Source of the DNA: an uncultured Pelagibacteraceae bacterium | Lineage (GTDB): Bacteria > Pseudomonadota > Alphaproteobacteria > Pelagibacterales > Pelagibacteraceae | Direction of reading: 5' to 3' | Length of the DNA stretch: 64,000 bases | Assembly: GCA_902529715.1 (NCBI GenBank) | Contig: CABZXL010000001.1 | Coordinates: 1,162 to 65,161 of the forward strand | Part shown: positions 26,116 to 36,920 of the stretch, one piece after another | How the letters are laid out: each line of letters starts with the position of its first letter | Numbering within the stretch: the first letter of the stretch is position 1 | Position numbers and translations under genes: made by a program | Notes under the pieces: generated by a model | Seen by the model: the letters and a program-made list of their open reading frames with translations, nothing else | What the model was told of the DNA's origin: nothing | The model's database searches: none

Positions 26116-27795
26116 ATGGATTCAAAAAACGTCATAGCAGCAATATCTCTTAGTGCGGCTGTAATTATTCTTTATAGTCTTTTCTTTGCGCCAAGCCCGC
26201 AAGATTTGAAACAAGTTAAAGAAGAAAAAAAACAAGTTTTAGAAACTACTGAAGCTCCAAGTTTAGAAGTTGAGGAAAAAGTATTAGAAATTTCTAGATC
26301 TGAAGCTAAATCTAAAAGTCAAAGAGTAGAATTTGAAAATATTAGCATGAAAGGATCAATTTCTTTAACAGGAAGTACAATTGATGACCTAACATTCAAA
26401 AAGTACACTGAAACCCTAAATGGAAATGATCAGATAGTTTTATTGAGTCCTCGAAATGTAAATAATGGATATTACATTGAAACTGGTTGGGCAACTAATA
26501 ATGAGAATATAGATGTGCCAAATAGCAAAACCATATGGGAAGTGGCAGGAAATAATAAATTAACACCAAACAATCCTATAAATCTTAAATGGGAAAACGA
26601 TCAGGGAATAATATTTAATAAAAAAATAAGTATAGATGATGAATATTTATTTACAGTTGATCAGACCATTAAAAATACAACTGAAAAAAAATACAATTTT
26701 TATCCCTATGGTCAAATTATAAGAAATACTGCACCTGAAGTAACAAACTTTTATATTCTTCACGAAGGTCTTATTGGAGTGTTTGATGACCAATTAGTAG
26801 AGCAAGATTATGATGATATAGAAGAAAAAAAATATTCAGTTAATGCAGGTAAAGGATGGCTAGGTATTACTGACAAATATTGGATTGCTAGCTTAATTCC
26901 AGAAAAAAATAAAGAATTTAAAGCAGATTTTGAATTTAAGAATAAATTTAAGGCTAATTTTATTGAAAGAAACCCTACTACTGTTGGCGCAAATGAAACT
27001 AAATCAAATAATATTAAAATTATTGTAGCAGCTAAAGAGGTCAGTGTTATTGATGGATATGCAGAAAAATTAAAAATAGAAAAATTTGATTTAGCTATAG
27101 ATTGGGGTTGGTTTTACTTCATCGTTAAGAACCTATTTTTTGCAATTGATTACTTTTATAAGCTCACTGGTAATTTTGGAATAGCAATAATTATGATTAC
27201 CGCTTGTATACGACTGGCATTTTTTCCACTTTCAAACTATTCATTTAGATCAATGGCAAAAATGAAAGTCCTTCAACCGTCAATGACAAGATTAAAGGAA
27301 CTTCACAAAGAAGATAAAGTAAAATTACAACAAGAAATGATGTCATTATATAAAAAAGAAAAAATAAATCCTCTTTCTGGTTGTTTGCCAATCTTAATAC
27401 AGATCCCTTTCTTCTTTGCCATTTATAAGATGTTATTCGTAACTATAGAAATGAGACATCAACCTTTCTTTGGATGGATTCAAGATTTATCGGAAAGAGA
27501 CCCTACCTCAATTTTTAATTTGTTTGGTTTAATTCCTTGGGATCCTCCATCATTTTTATTAATCGGCCTGTGGCCCTGCCTAATGGGGTTGTCAATGTTT
27601 TTGCAACAAAAACTTAACCCTACTCCCCCTGATCCAATACAGGCAAAAATATTTATGTTCTTTCCACTTTTCTTAACTGTAATACTGGCGCCGTTCCCAT
27701 CAGGTCTCGTAATTTATTGGACAGTTAACAACGTTTTAACAATGGCACAACAGTATGTTATTATGAAAAGAACATCTGTTAAAACAGTACAATAA
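26116..27795 (+). CDS. yidC: Membrane protein insertase
   Basis: IDWGWF, NPLSGCLPILIQIPFF, WIQDLS, GLVIYW. Confidence 0.97.
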   Translation: MDSKNVIAAISLSAAVIILYSLFFAPSPQDLKQVKEEKKQVLETTEAPSLEVEEKVLEISRSEAKSKSQRVEFENISMKGSISLTGSTIDDLTFKKYTETLNGNDQIVLLSPRNVNNGYYIETGWATNNENIDVPNSKTIWEVAGNNKLTPNNPINLKWENDQGIIFNKKISIDDEYLFTVDQTIKNTTEKKYNFYPYGQIIRNTAPEVTNFYILHEGLIGVFDDQLVEQDYDDIEEKKYSVNAGKGWLGITDKYWIASLIPEKNKEFKADFEFKNKFKANFIERNPTTVGANETKSNNIKIIVAAKEVSVIDGYAEKLKIEKFDLAIDWGWFYFIVKNLFFAIDYFYKLTGNFGIAIIMITACIRLAFFPLSNYSFRSMAKMKVLQPSMTRLKELHKEDKVKLQQEMMSLYKKEKINPLSGCLPILIQIPFFFAIYKMLFVTIEMRHQPFFGWIQDLSERDPTSIFNLFGLIPWDPPSFLLIGLWPCLMGLSMFLQQKLNPTPPDPIQAKIFMFFPLFLTVILAPFPSGLVIYWTVNNVLTMAQQYVIMKRTSVKTVQ

Positions 27796-28644
27796 ATGGA
27801 TTTAGAAAAAATTTTACCCACTAATGGTCCATCCGTAGAAGAAGTTAAAAAATATATTGAAAAGTACTTAGAAGAAATAATTGTGATTAAATGTGGTGGA
27901 TCAGTACTACTTGATGATAATTTATTTAGACAATTCATTGAAGATATTTCAGTAATATATAAGTTGGGATTATCAGTAATAGTTGTACATGGTGGTGGAA
28001 AAAATATAAAAAAAAAACTTGATGAATTAAATATAGAATCAAAGTTTATTGATGGTTTGAGAGTTACGGACGAAATAACTATTAAAGTTGTCGAAGAAGC
28101 ACTTTTAGAATTAAATTCGGAAATTATAAATAATTTAAAAAATTTTCAAATAAATGTACAAGCATTAACACCAAAAAATGAAAATATAATCAAAACTATT
28201 CCTGAAAAAAAAGAACTTGGATTTGTTGGTACACCAAAAGAAATAGCCAAAGAAGTACTTTTAAATATAGTTAGAGAAAAAAAAGTCCCAATTATCGCTC
28301 CAATGGGAATTGGTGATGATGGAAAAATTTATAATATAAATGCCGATGTTGCTTCTGGCTCAATTGCTAAAGAGCTTAATTCAAGAAGATTATTGTTGAT
28401 GACTGATGTAGAGGGTGTTCTTAATAAAGATAAAAAACTAATCACAGAGATTAATTCTTCTATTGCAGAAAAAATGCTCAAAGATGGTGATATTTCTGGT
28501 GGCATGATCCCAAAGATAAATACTTGCCTTGATGCAGTAAATAATGGAGTAACAGGAGTTGTAATTGTTGATGGAAGAAAACCACATTCAATATTATTTG
28601 AGTTATTTTCTGATAAAGGTGCTGGAACTTTGATTAGAAAATGA
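27796..28644 (+). CDS. argB: Acetylglutamate kinase
   Basis: VIKCGG, VVHGGG, GLRVTD, NINAD, GGMIPK. Confidence 0.96.
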   Translation: MDLEKILPTNGPSVEEVKKYIEKYLEEIIVIKCGGSVLLDDNLFRQFIEDISVIYKLGLSVIVVHGGGKNIKKKLDELNIESKFIDGLRVTDEITIKVVEEALLELNSEIINNLKNFQINVQALTPKNENIIKTIPEKKELGFVGTPKEIAKEVLLNIVREKKVPIIAPMGIGDDGKIYNINADVASGSIAKELNSRRLLLMTDVEGVLNKDKKLITEINSSIAEKMLKDGDISGGMIPKINTCLDAVNNGVTGVVIVDGRKPHSILFELFSDKGAGTLIRK

Positions 28645-29330
28645 AAGATTTAAAAAAAGTAAAATATTTAATTTTGGATATGGATGGAACCATATATATG
28701 CCGAGGCACTTAAAAACGTTATTTGGACAAGTGAGTGCCAAAATGACAGAATTTATAGCACTTAAACTTGGTATTGATAAAATTAAAGCAAAAAAAATTC
28801 AAGCAGACTATTTTTATAAGTACGATACTTCTCTTCGAGGATTAATGGAAAATTACCCTAAAATAATCGATCCGCTAGAGTTCTTATCTTTTGTCCATAA
28901 TATAAACTATGACTGTCTTGAAAAGGATGTTGAACTTAGAGAAGAACTATTAAAGTTAGATGTAAAAGCATATATCTGCACAAATGGAAGTAAAGAACAT
29001 GCCTTTAATTGTATGAAAAGGATAGGGATTGATGATTTATTTGAAGGAAAAATCATGGATATTGTTGATTTTAACTTTAAACCAAAGCCAAACCCGGAAT
29101 CTCTAAGATTATTGTGTGATAAGTTTCAAATTCCTACAAATGAGGAAACTGTTTATGTGGAAGATATTTGTAAAAATCTTAGTTCTGATACAGCTAAAAA
29201 TATGATCAAAGTTTGGTTTAGCAACGATGAGCCAATAAATAATATTGATAAATATAAAGATGTAGTAGATTATAGAATTGATAATCTTGCTTTATTTTTA
29301 AAAAAAATAAGGTTATTAAAAGAGAAATAA
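28641..29330 (+). CDS. HAD-family hydrolase (pyrimidine 5'-nucleotidase-like)
   Basis: LDMDGTIY, CTNGS, PKP, YVEDICKNL. Confidence 0.85.
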   Translation: MKDLKKVKYLILDMDGTIYMPRHLKTLFGQVSAKMTEFIALKLGIDKIKAKKIQADYFYKYDTSLRGLMENYPKIIDPLEFLSFVHNINYDCLEKDVELREELLKLDVKAYICTNGSKEHAFNCMKRIGIDDLFEGKIMDIVDFNFKPKPNPESLRLLCDKFQIPTNEETVYVEDICKNLSSDTAKNMIKVWFSNDEPINNIDKYKDVVDYRIDNLALFLKKIRLLKEK

Positions 29331-29334
29331 TATT

Positions 29335-30162
29335 ATGAGCGATATAGAAAAAATTATAAATGACGCCTGGGAAATTAAAGATAAAATAAAGCCCGATACT
29401 GATAAAAATTTAAATGAAGCAATTAAGGAAATGATTAATAACCTAAATGAAGGCAAAATAACTGTAGCAGAACCTCAGGGCAATGATTGGAAAATAAATG
29501 ATTGGATACAAAAAGGAATACTTCTTTCTTTTAGAATAAATAAAAGAAAAATTATTGGAGGACCATACAATGCTTGGAATGACTTTGAGCATTTACCTGG
29601 TAAAACGGCTGGATGGACCGAAAAAGAATTTACCAGAGGAGGTTTCAGAATGGTACCAAATTGTGTAGTACGAAATGGGTCTTTCATAGGCAAAGGCGCT
29701 GTGATCATGCCTAACTCATTTATAAATATTGGTGGATACTGTGGTGAAAATTCTATGGTAGACACAAGTGCCAGAATCGGTTCGGCTAGTAGACTAAGTG
29801 CTAATTGTCATTTATCTGCTGGAGCGGGACTAGGCGGGATTCTTGAGCCGGTAGGTTCTAAACCTACTATTATTGAGGATGGTTGCTTTATAGGAGCTCT
29901 TTCTGAGATTGTTGAAGGAGTAATAGTTAGAAAAGGAAGTGTAGTTTCAATGGGATGTTATATTGGGAAAAGCACTAAAATAGTAAACAGAGATACTGGT
30001 GAAATTACCTCGGGTGAGGTTCCTGCAGGGAGTGTTGTTGTTCCAGGCAGTTTACCATCTAAAAAACCTGGTGGGCCAAATTTATACTGTGTAGTTATTA
30101 TAAAAACTGTCGACGAAAAGACTAGATCAAAAACTAGCCTTAATGATCTATTAAGAGATTAA
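29335..30162 (+). CDS. dapD: Tetrahydrodipicolinate N-succinyltransferase
   Basis: GFRMVP, SMVDT, GGILEP, IIEDGCFIGA, KTSLNDLLR. Confidence 0.95.
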   Translation: MSDIEKIINDAWEIKDKIKPDTDKNLNEAIKEMINNLNEGKITVAEPQGNDWKINDWIQKGILLSFRINKRKIIGGPYNAWNDFEHLPGKTAGWTEKEFTRGGFRMVPNCVVRNGSFIGKGAVIMPNSFINIGGYCGENSMVDTSARIGSASRLSANCHLSAGAGLGGILEPVGSKPTIIEDGCFIGALSEIVEGVIVRKGSVVSMGCYIGKSTKIVNRDTGEITSGEVPAGSVVVPGSLPSKKPGGPNLYCVVIIKTVDEKTRSKTSLNDLLRD

Positions 30163-30164
30163 CA

Positions 30165-31304
30165 ATGAAAACTTATAATGAAGTAAAGTTAGCTCAAGAG
30201 CTAATAAGATTTCCATCAGTTAAAACTGAAGATAAGGGTATAATGAAATTCTTATCAAGAAGACTTTCTGCCATTGGTTTTAAATGCACAATTATTAAAT
30301 CAAAAGGAACTGGGCCAAAACCAGCATTAAATCTATATGCAAGGTTTGGAAAATCTAAACCTCATATAAATTTTTTAGGACATACAGATGTGGTTGCTAA
30401 TCTTAACAATTGGAAAATTTCTCCTTTTAAAGCAGTTGTTAAAAATGGATACTTAAATGGTAGAGGATCTCAAGACATGAAAGGCGGTATAGCTTGTTGG
30501 ATAAGTGCAGTTAGTAATTTTATTAAAAATAATAAGTTTAATGGATCTATTTCAATTATAATTACCGCAGATGAAGAAACAACAGGCCTAGGAGCACCTG
30601 CTATTATGAAATACCTAAGAAAAAAAGGTGAAAAAATAGATTTTTCTGTAGTGGGAGAGCCATCTTCAAATAAATCAGTTGGCGATGAAATAAGAATTGG
30701 AAGACGTGGTTCTATGAATGGAATTGTAACTATATATGGGAAAAGTGGCCACTCAGCTTTTGCTGGAACTTATATAAACCCCTGTACAGCTTTAGCTAAA
30801 ATAATAGCTAAATTAAAAAGTTCATCATTAGATAATGGTACAAAATTTATGCCTCCATCTAACTTAGAATTTACAAAAATGAATGTAGATAATTTATCTG
30901 AAAATGTAATACCTCAATCGGCCAGTGCAAAATTCAATATTAGATTTAACTCTAAACATAAATCGGCTTCTCTAAAGAAAAAACTAAATAAAATAATAAA
31001 TGCGGTTGCAAAAAAAGAAAAATGCAAAACTAGAATAGAATATAGAGTTAGTGGTGAAGCTTTTTACACTCAACCTAATAAAGAAATATATATGGTAAAA
31101 AAAATTGTAAAAAAAATCACAGGAAATTCTGCAAAATTAAATTGTAGAGGTGGTACAAGTGATAGTAGATTTTTAGGTTCAATTCCAAGGCTAGAATTAG
31201 GATTAAGAAATACTACCATTCATATGGTTGATGAGAGGTCGCCAATTTCAGATTTGAAAAAATTGACTAAAATATATTATAATATTTTAGAAAATTATTT
31301 TTAA
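30165..31304 (+). CDS. dapE: Succinyl-diaminopimelate desuccinylase
   Basis: GHTDVV, GRGSQDMKG, ADEE, GEPS, IGRRGS, GGTSDSRF, TIHMVDE. Confidence 0.93.
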   Translation: MKTYNEVKLAQELIRFPSVKTEDKGIMKFLSRRLSAIGFKCTIIKSKGTGPKPALNLYARFGKSKPHINFLGHTDVVANLNNWKISPFKAVVKNGYLNGRGSQDMKGGIACWISAVSNFIKNNKFNGSISIIITADEETTGLGAPAIMKYLRKKGEKIDFSVVGEPSSNKSVGDEIRIGRRGSMNGIVTIYGKSGHSAFAGTYINPCTALAKIIAKLKSSSLDNGTKFMPPSNLEFTKMNVDNLSENVIPQSASAKFNIRFNSKHKSASLKKKLNKIINAVAKKEKCKTRIEYRVSGEAFYTQPNKEIYMVKKIVKKITGNSAKLNCRGGTSDSRFLGSIPRLELGLRNTTIHMVDERSPISDLKKLTKIYYNILENYF

Positions 31305-32234
31305 ATGAAAACTGGTTTAATCACTTCTGATACCTACAAAGATCATGACACAGGTCCTGGACATCCTGAACAAATAGCAAGAGTATCAGTGATTATTGAA
31401 AACTTTAAAAAATTAAATAATAAAGATATTTTGTGGAAAAAACCAACAATTATTACAGATGAAATTCTAAAAGATACTCATGATAAAGACTATATAGAAT
31501 TAGTAAAAAATTCTTTTCCAACAAAAGGTTTTTCATCATTAGATGGTGATACTATTATTTCGCCTGGAAGTAAGAAAGCAACATTCGATGCAGCAGGCTC
31601 AATTATTACAGCAATAGAAGGTGTTGAAAATAAAGAATTCAAAAATGCTTTTTGCTGTGTTCGTCCTCCAGGGCACCATTCATCACAAAATAAAGCGGCT
31701 GGTTTCTGTATTCTCAACAACGTCTCAATTGGCTGTCAGTATTTACTAAATAAATATAGATATAAAAAAATTGCTATAGTTGATTTTGATGTTCATCATG
31801 GAAACGGCACGCAAGATATATTTTATGATTATGAAAATGTTTTATTTATCTCAACTCATCAGTATCCTTTTTATCCTGGCACAGGTTCTGAAAAAGAAAA
31901 AGGTAAATTTAATAATATTTGTAATATACCATTGCCAGCTGGTACAAATTCAGAGGAATATTTAAATGCTTTCGAATTTGCTTTAAAAAGATTAAAAGAA
32001 TTTAAACCAGAATTTGTTTTAATAAGTGCTGGTTTTGATAGTGATGCAAGAGATCCTTTGGCTTCTTTCAAGCTTGGAACTGAAGATTTTTATCATATTA
32101 CAAAAAGAATATTAGAAACTACAAAAAAATTTTGTAATGGCAAAGTTATTTCAATCTTGGAAGGTGGATATGACTTACAAGCACTCCAAGATGATACTAA
32201 GAGACATGTTGATGCATTAATGGAATTTAATTGA
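31305..32234 (+). CDS. Histone deacetylase-family protein
   Basis: HPE, RPPGHH, GFC, DFDVHHGNGTQ, SAGFD, LEGGY. Confidence 0.95.
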   Translation: MKTGLITSDTYKDHDTGPGHPEQIARVSVIIENFKKLNNKDILWKKPTIITDEILKDTHDKDYIELVKNSFPTKGFSSLDGDTIISPGSKKATFDAAGSIITAIEGVENKEFKNAFCCVRPPGHHSSQNKAAGFCILNNVSIGCQYLLNKYRYKKIAIVDFDVHHGNGTQDIFYDYENVLFISTHQYPFYPGTGSEKEKGKFNNICNIPLPAGTNSEEYLNAFEFALKRLKEFKPEFVLISAGFDSDARDPLASFKLGTEDFYHITKRILETTKKFCNGKVISILEGGYDLQALQDDTKRHVDALMEFN

Positions 32235-32265
32235 AAATAAAAAATTTTTGATTAAAGACATCCGT

Positions 32266-32742
32266 ATGAAGCTTTACAAAATTAAAAAATCAAATATCGA
32301 TAGAAATGGACGAGGTCTTTACGCTACTAAGGATATTAAGCCAGGAACTAAAATTATAGAATATGTAGGAAACATTATTACAAAAAAACAAACTGAAGAT
32401 TCTGATAAATTTGATAATTCAAAACCAATTTATTTGTTTAATTTAAATAAAAGATATGACTTGGACGGACTAGTTCCTTGGAATACGGCGCGCTTAATCA
32501 ATCATTCTTGCACAAACAATGCAGATTACGAAGGAACAGGTTTAAAAATTTGGGTTGTTTCAAATAGAAAAATTAAAAAAGGCGAGGAAATAACTTGTGA
32601 CTATGGTTTTGGTTATGACTCTGATTACAGACAGTTTCCTTGTGAGTGTAAATCTATTAATTGTTGTGGTTACATAGTTAGAACTGAAAGTCGCTGGAGA
32701 ATTAATAAAAGATTTAAAATATCAAATAGAACTAATAAATAA
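32266..32742 (+). CDS. SET-domain protein-lysine methyltransferase
   Basis: GRGLYA, IIEYVG, ARLINHSC, GEEITCDY, post-SET CECKSINC; likely ATG at 32266. Confidence 0.92.
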   Translation: MKLYKIKKSNIDRNGRGLYATKDIKPGTKIIEYVGNIITKKQTEDSDKFDNSKPIYLFNLNKRYDLDGLVPWNTARLINHSCTNNADYEGTGLKIWVVSNRKIKKGEEITCDYGFGYDSDYRQFPCECKSINCCGYIVRTESRWRINKRFKISNRTNK

Positions 32743-33472
32743 CTTTAGTTAAATATAGTCCATGAGCTGGCGCAGGAGGTGCACAATTTTTCCTTTTTTT
32801 TGATTTAAAAGCATTTTCAAATTTTTTAATATTCCATTTCTTTTCTGCTAAATATTTTAAACAACCAACCATTGATCTAACTTGGTTTCTTAAAAAAGAT
32901 TTTGATCTAAATTCAATTTCAATTTTTCTATTTACATTTTTTATAGTTATTTTATTAATTTTTTTTATAGGACTTTTAGCGTAGCAATTTGTTGCTCTCA
33001 TTGTACTAAAGTCATGTGTCCCTACTAATTTTTTAGCACCTTTTTTTAGTAATTTAATATCTAGTTTCTTTCTTATATGCCATGCCCTTTCATTTTCTAT
33101 AACAGGAGTAGCTAAACGATTAATAATAAAATATTTATATACTCTTTCTTTAGCAGAATACCTTGCATGAAAATTTTTATTCCTTTTAATAATATTAATT
33201 ATAGAAATTTTTTTTCTATTTAAAAAAAAATTGAGAGATTTAACCATTTTATCTATATTTTGAATTTTATTTTCAACATCAAAATGAGCTGATTGTTCGC
33301 TTGCATGAACTTCACGATCAGTGCGTCCTGCAGAATATAAAATAATTTTTTGCTTAAATAATTTTGATAAAGTTGATTGAATTATTTTTTGAACAGATTT
33401 TCCTTTTTTTTGTATTTGCCAACCTACAAAAGGGGTTCCAACATATTCAATCAAAATTTGATATCTATACAT
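32732..33472 (-). CDS. truA: tRNA pseudouridine(38-40) synthase
   Basis: GWQ, AGRTD..VHA, FHARYSA, SFLRNQVR, APAHGLYL. Confidence 0.96.
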   Translation of the reverse strand: MYRYQILIEYVGTPFVGWQIQKKGKSVQKIIQSTLSKLFKQKIILYSAGRTDREVHASEQSAHFDVENKIQNIDKMVKSLNFFLNRKKISIINIIKRNKNFHARYSAKERVYKYFIINRLATPVIENERAWHIRKKLDIKLLKKGAKKLVGTHDFSTMRATNCYAKSPIKKINKITIKNVNRKIEIEFRSKSFLRNQVRSMVGCLKYLAEKKWNIKKFENAFKSKKRKNCAPPAPAHGLYLTKVIY

Positions 33473-34395
33473 TAAGCAATATTGAAGCCTTTTTTTATTT
33501 GAGTACCAAGTAAAAATTCATTTATTTGCTGAACTCTTTTACCTTCTCTCTGAATGCTTAATACTTTTATTGATCCTTCTCCACAGCATACCTCAAAATT
33601 TTCACTTACTATATCTCCAGGTTTTCCTGCTGTACTAGACTTCTCTGCTTTTAATATTTTATATCTTTCTCCGTTAAATGAGAAAAAAGCACCCGGATAT
33701 GGATAAAGTCCATTTATTTTTCCAATTATCTTATCTGCGTTTTCATTCCAATCAATTTTACCTTCTATTTTTTGAATTTTTTTTGCATAAGTTGCTTTTG
33801 AATGGTCTTGATCTCTAAATTCTATATTACCGTCATAGATATTATCTAAAATATCTAAAATTTTTTCTGATGCGATTATTGATAATTTTTCAGATAATTC
33901 TTCTGAATTCATTTTTTTAGAAATTTTAAATGAATATTGATTACAAATTGGCCCTTCATCTAAATTTTCATTTATTTTCATTATGCTAATTCCTGTTTCC
34001 TCGTCTCGATTCATTATTGATCTTTGTATTGGAGCTGCTCCTCTCCACTTTGGAAGTAAAGAAGCATGAACATTTAAAAATCCATATTTTGGAATATTTA
34101 AAAGATTTTTAGGAATAATTTGACCGTATGAAACTACTAATATTATATCTGGTTTCAATTCAGTCAGATATGATAACTCTTCCTTATTATTTTTTAAAGA
34201 TTGAGGAGTCCTTACGTCTAGACTTATATTTTCAGAAAATAAATTTATTGGTGACTTATTTAATTTTTGACCTCTGTTAGATTTTTTAGGTGGTTGTGAA
34301 TAAACAACAGAGATTGGATATCCATTTTGATAAAGCGACTTTAAAATAGGAACAGCGAAATTTGATGTTCCCATGAAAACTATCTTTTTACTCAT
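33472..34395 (-). CDS. fmt: Methionyl-tRNA formyltransferase
   Basis: VFMGT, NVHASLLPKWRGAAPIQ. Confidence 0.97.
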   Translation of the reverse strand: MSKKIVFMGTSNFAVPILKSLYQNGYPISVVYSQPPKKSNRGQKLNKSPINLFSENISLDVRTPQSLKNNKEELSYLTELKPDIILVVSYGQIIPKNLLNIPKYGFLNVHASLLPKWRGAAPIQRSIMNRDEETGISIMKINENLDEGPICNQYSFKISKKMNSEELSEKLSIIASEKILDILDNIYDGNIEFRDQDHSKATYAKKIQKIEGKIDWNENADKIIGKINGLYPYPGAFFSFNGERYKILKAEKSSTAGKPGDIVSENFEVCCGEGSIKVLSIQREGKRVQQINEFLLGTQIKKGFNIA

Positions 34396-34398
34396 AAA

Positions 34399-34923
34399 CT
34401 AAACAACGATTCTGTCTACTTTATTTTTTTGTTTAGATAGCTTTTTTATAATCATAGATTTTTTTAACTTTGAAAGATAATCAATAAATAATATTCCCTC
34501 TAAATGGTCCATTTCATGTTGGATACATGTTGCAAGTAATCCAGAAGCATTTAATATTTTTTTATTTCCATTATAATCTAAATATTCAACTTCACATTCA
34601 CTTGGTCTTTCAATCTCAGCAAATTGATCTGGAACTGATAAACATCCTTCTTCATAAGTAGAAAAATTAGAGTTTTTATTTCTAATTATTGGATTAACAA
34701 AATACATTGGATTTTTCTTTTCAGAATTTTTTGAAATATCCATAACAATAATTCTTTTTGGGACTCCTACCTGAATTGCTGCTAGGCCAATACCATTCGC
34801 ATGATACATGGTCTCTAACATGTCATCCATTAAAACCTGATCTTCTTTTCCAAAATTTTTAACAGATAATGATACCTGTCTTAAAATTTTATTTGGCTCT
34901 GTTAAAATATTTTTTATTGTCAT
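34399..34923 (-). CDS. def: Peptide deformylase
   Basis: GIGLAA, EGCLS, QHEMDHLEG. Confidence 0.98.
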   Translation of the reverse strand: MTIKNILTEPNKILRQVSLSVKNFGKEDQVLMDDMLETMYHANGIGLAAIQVGVPKRIIVMDISKNSEKKNPMYFVNPIIRNKNSNFSTYEEGCLSVPDQFAEIERPSECEVEYLDYNGNKKILNASGLLATCIQHEMDHLEGILFIDYLSKLKKSMIIKKLSKQKNKVDRIVV

Positions 34924-34944
34924 AGTCTAATTTTAATATAATTT

Positions 34945-36705
34945 TTATATTTTTAAAGGAAGAACTTCTAATAGCAATTTATTTCTAATTGAGTCTAGAT
35001 TTAGCCTATTCAATATACTTGTCATAAAATATAATGAATCTGAATCTAAATTTTCTAAATCATCTTCTCCAATTATTTCAACCAATCTGAGCAAAACCAT
35101 TCCGATTTCATTGTTATTTAATAATAATTGAATGTCTGTTGGTATATTTGACTGATTTAAATTGAACATATTTTTGTATTTTTTTGATATTCTTACTCCA
35201 TCAGAAACTAAAGATTCTAATAAAATTAAATCTTTTGTTGATACACTGTAATCCTTATTTTTCTTAATTGATTTTAACAATTTATTTAGATCTTCTTCAG
35301 CTTTTTCAATTTCATATTTTTCTTCAAAATATTTTAACAATTTAGATTGGTGAATGATTTTATTATTAATCTTTATATTTTTTTCTTTTAAAGTTTGAAC
35401 ATTTAAATTGTCAAAATAAAATGATGAGTAGTTTGCGGGTATTTCTTCTGGGCTTATATTAGATAAAATTTCCTTCAATTTATTATTAAAAGCATTTTCT
35501 ATGTTGTCCTTAATAAAGGACTCTTTTAACTTATACGATAGGTCCAAAAGCTCCTTTATATCTTTTGTTAAAATTAGTCTCTGGTAAAGCAAAGCCCTAC
35601 CTTCGTAGTTTTGCAGTAGTTTATATGAATCTTTTACATTTAATAGTTGATTTATGTTAAATTGGAATCTTTTGTATAACTCAAATAATTCTTCTTCTTC
35701 ATAATTTTTATCGTGGGTTGCTTTTTCAATCAAAGATATCTTTTCTCCATCTTCAAGGTCTACTGTGTTAACATTTTCTAATAAATTTGATGACGCTAAG
35801 TATTTCCATATAAATTTTGAACTATTTTCAGTCGGTTGATAAGTGAATTCTTCACTAGTTCTATGAGATATATGAAAATTTAGAATATTTTCGTCTGAAA
35901 CCTCTCCATCATTTTTTTCAATATATTTCATTAAAAAATTAAATTTCTTTTCAAAAAACTCATCTTCAAATCCTGTCTCTTTATTTAAATCAAAAAGAAG
36001 TTGAGCTTCTTCTCTTTGATTTTGATTAATTAAACAATAAATTTTAAATTTATTAATATAATCACTACTAAAATAATCTATTTCATCAAAAATTTCACAA
36101 GCACTTTCTAAGTCTGCATTTTCTAAATAATCATTTAAAAAAAATTCAATTAATTTTGAATTGTAAATATTATTTGCATTTTTAATTAAATATAACTTAA
36201 TTAAATTTTTATCATTATTGTTAATCAAATAAGTTGATTTAAAATCTATAAATTCTTCTTCAGTAATATTTTCTTCTGGAAAGTATGAATTAGTTAGCAA
36301 AGCAATATCTAAAATTTCTTTTGCATCTTTTGAAAGATTGATTTTATTTAATTTTTTTAATATTAGTTTTATTTCATCTCCATTAGAGTAAGACCACATA
36401 TTCATAGTTAGTCCATTATCTTCAGGGTCATACAAACCAATAATATTTACTTTGTCTGTATCTAATGAAACACTGTCTATTACATTAATTGTTTTAGTTG
36501 AAATATTTTTTTCGATTATAGTTTTTGTCTGATCAGATTCAATCCCTTCTTCTATAATTAAACTTGGAGTATCTTGATTAGTTTTTTTCTCTATATCCCA
36601 AATATCAACTGGCTCATCTTCAGCATATGAGCCTGAAAAGCATATCAATGAAAAAACTAATAAAATTGATAAAAATCTTTTATTTAACAATTTTGAAATT
36701 TTCAT
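34945..36705 (-). CDS. Exported hypothetical protein (586 aa)
   Basis: Signal-peptide-like N-terminus, EPVDIW, GLYDPEDNGL..MW. Confidence 0.75.
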   Translation of the reverse strand: MKISKLLNKRFLSILLVFSLICFSGSYAEDEPVDIWDIEKKTNQDTPSLIIEEGIESDQTKTIIEKNISTKTINVIDSVSLDTDKVNIIGLYDPEDNGLTMNMWSYSNGDEIKLILKKLNKINLSKDAKEILDIALLTNSYFPEENITEEEFIDFKSTYLINNNDKNLIKLYLIKNANNIYNSKLIEFFLNDYLENADLESACEIFDEIDYFSSDYINKFKIYCLINQNQREEAQLLFDLNKETGFEDEFFEKKFNFLMKYIEKNDGEVSDENILNFHISHRTSEEFTYQPTENSSKFIWKYLASSNLLENVNTVDLEDGEKISLIEKATHDKNYEEEELFELYKRFQFNINQLLNVKDSYKLLQNYEGRALLYQRLILTKDIKELLDLSYKLKESFIKDNIENAFNNKLKEILSNISPEEIPANYSSFYFDNLNVQTLKEKNIKINNKIIHQSKLLKYFEEKYEIEKAEEDLNKLLKSIKKNKDYSVSTKDLILLESLVSDGVRISKKYKNMFNLNQSNIPTDIQLLLNNNEIGMVLLRLVEIIGEDDLENLDSDSLYFMTSILNRLNLDSIRNKLLLEVLPLKI

Positions 36706-36865
36706 TTGAAATTATTTGTTCAATTTTTTTAATAGGTGAAGGAAAATTAATTCGATCAATCAAAATAATAGCAACAAACAGTACTGCTAATACTAAAATT
36801 ATTTTAATTAATATTTTAATTAAACCTCCCGCATTTCCTATTCTTGTTTTTTTTTCAAATTGCAT
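36680..36865 (-). CDS. Small membrane protein
   Basis: Single TM helix; overlaps the downstream gene start. Confidence 0.6.
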   Translation of the reverse strand: MQFEKKTRIGNAGGLIKILIKIILVLAVLFVAIILIDRINFPSPIKKIEQIISNENFKIVK

Positions 36866-36920
36866 ATATTGTTAATTATTTTCAAAATAAGACATATTTG
36901 TGGTTTTTCAATAAAGAATT

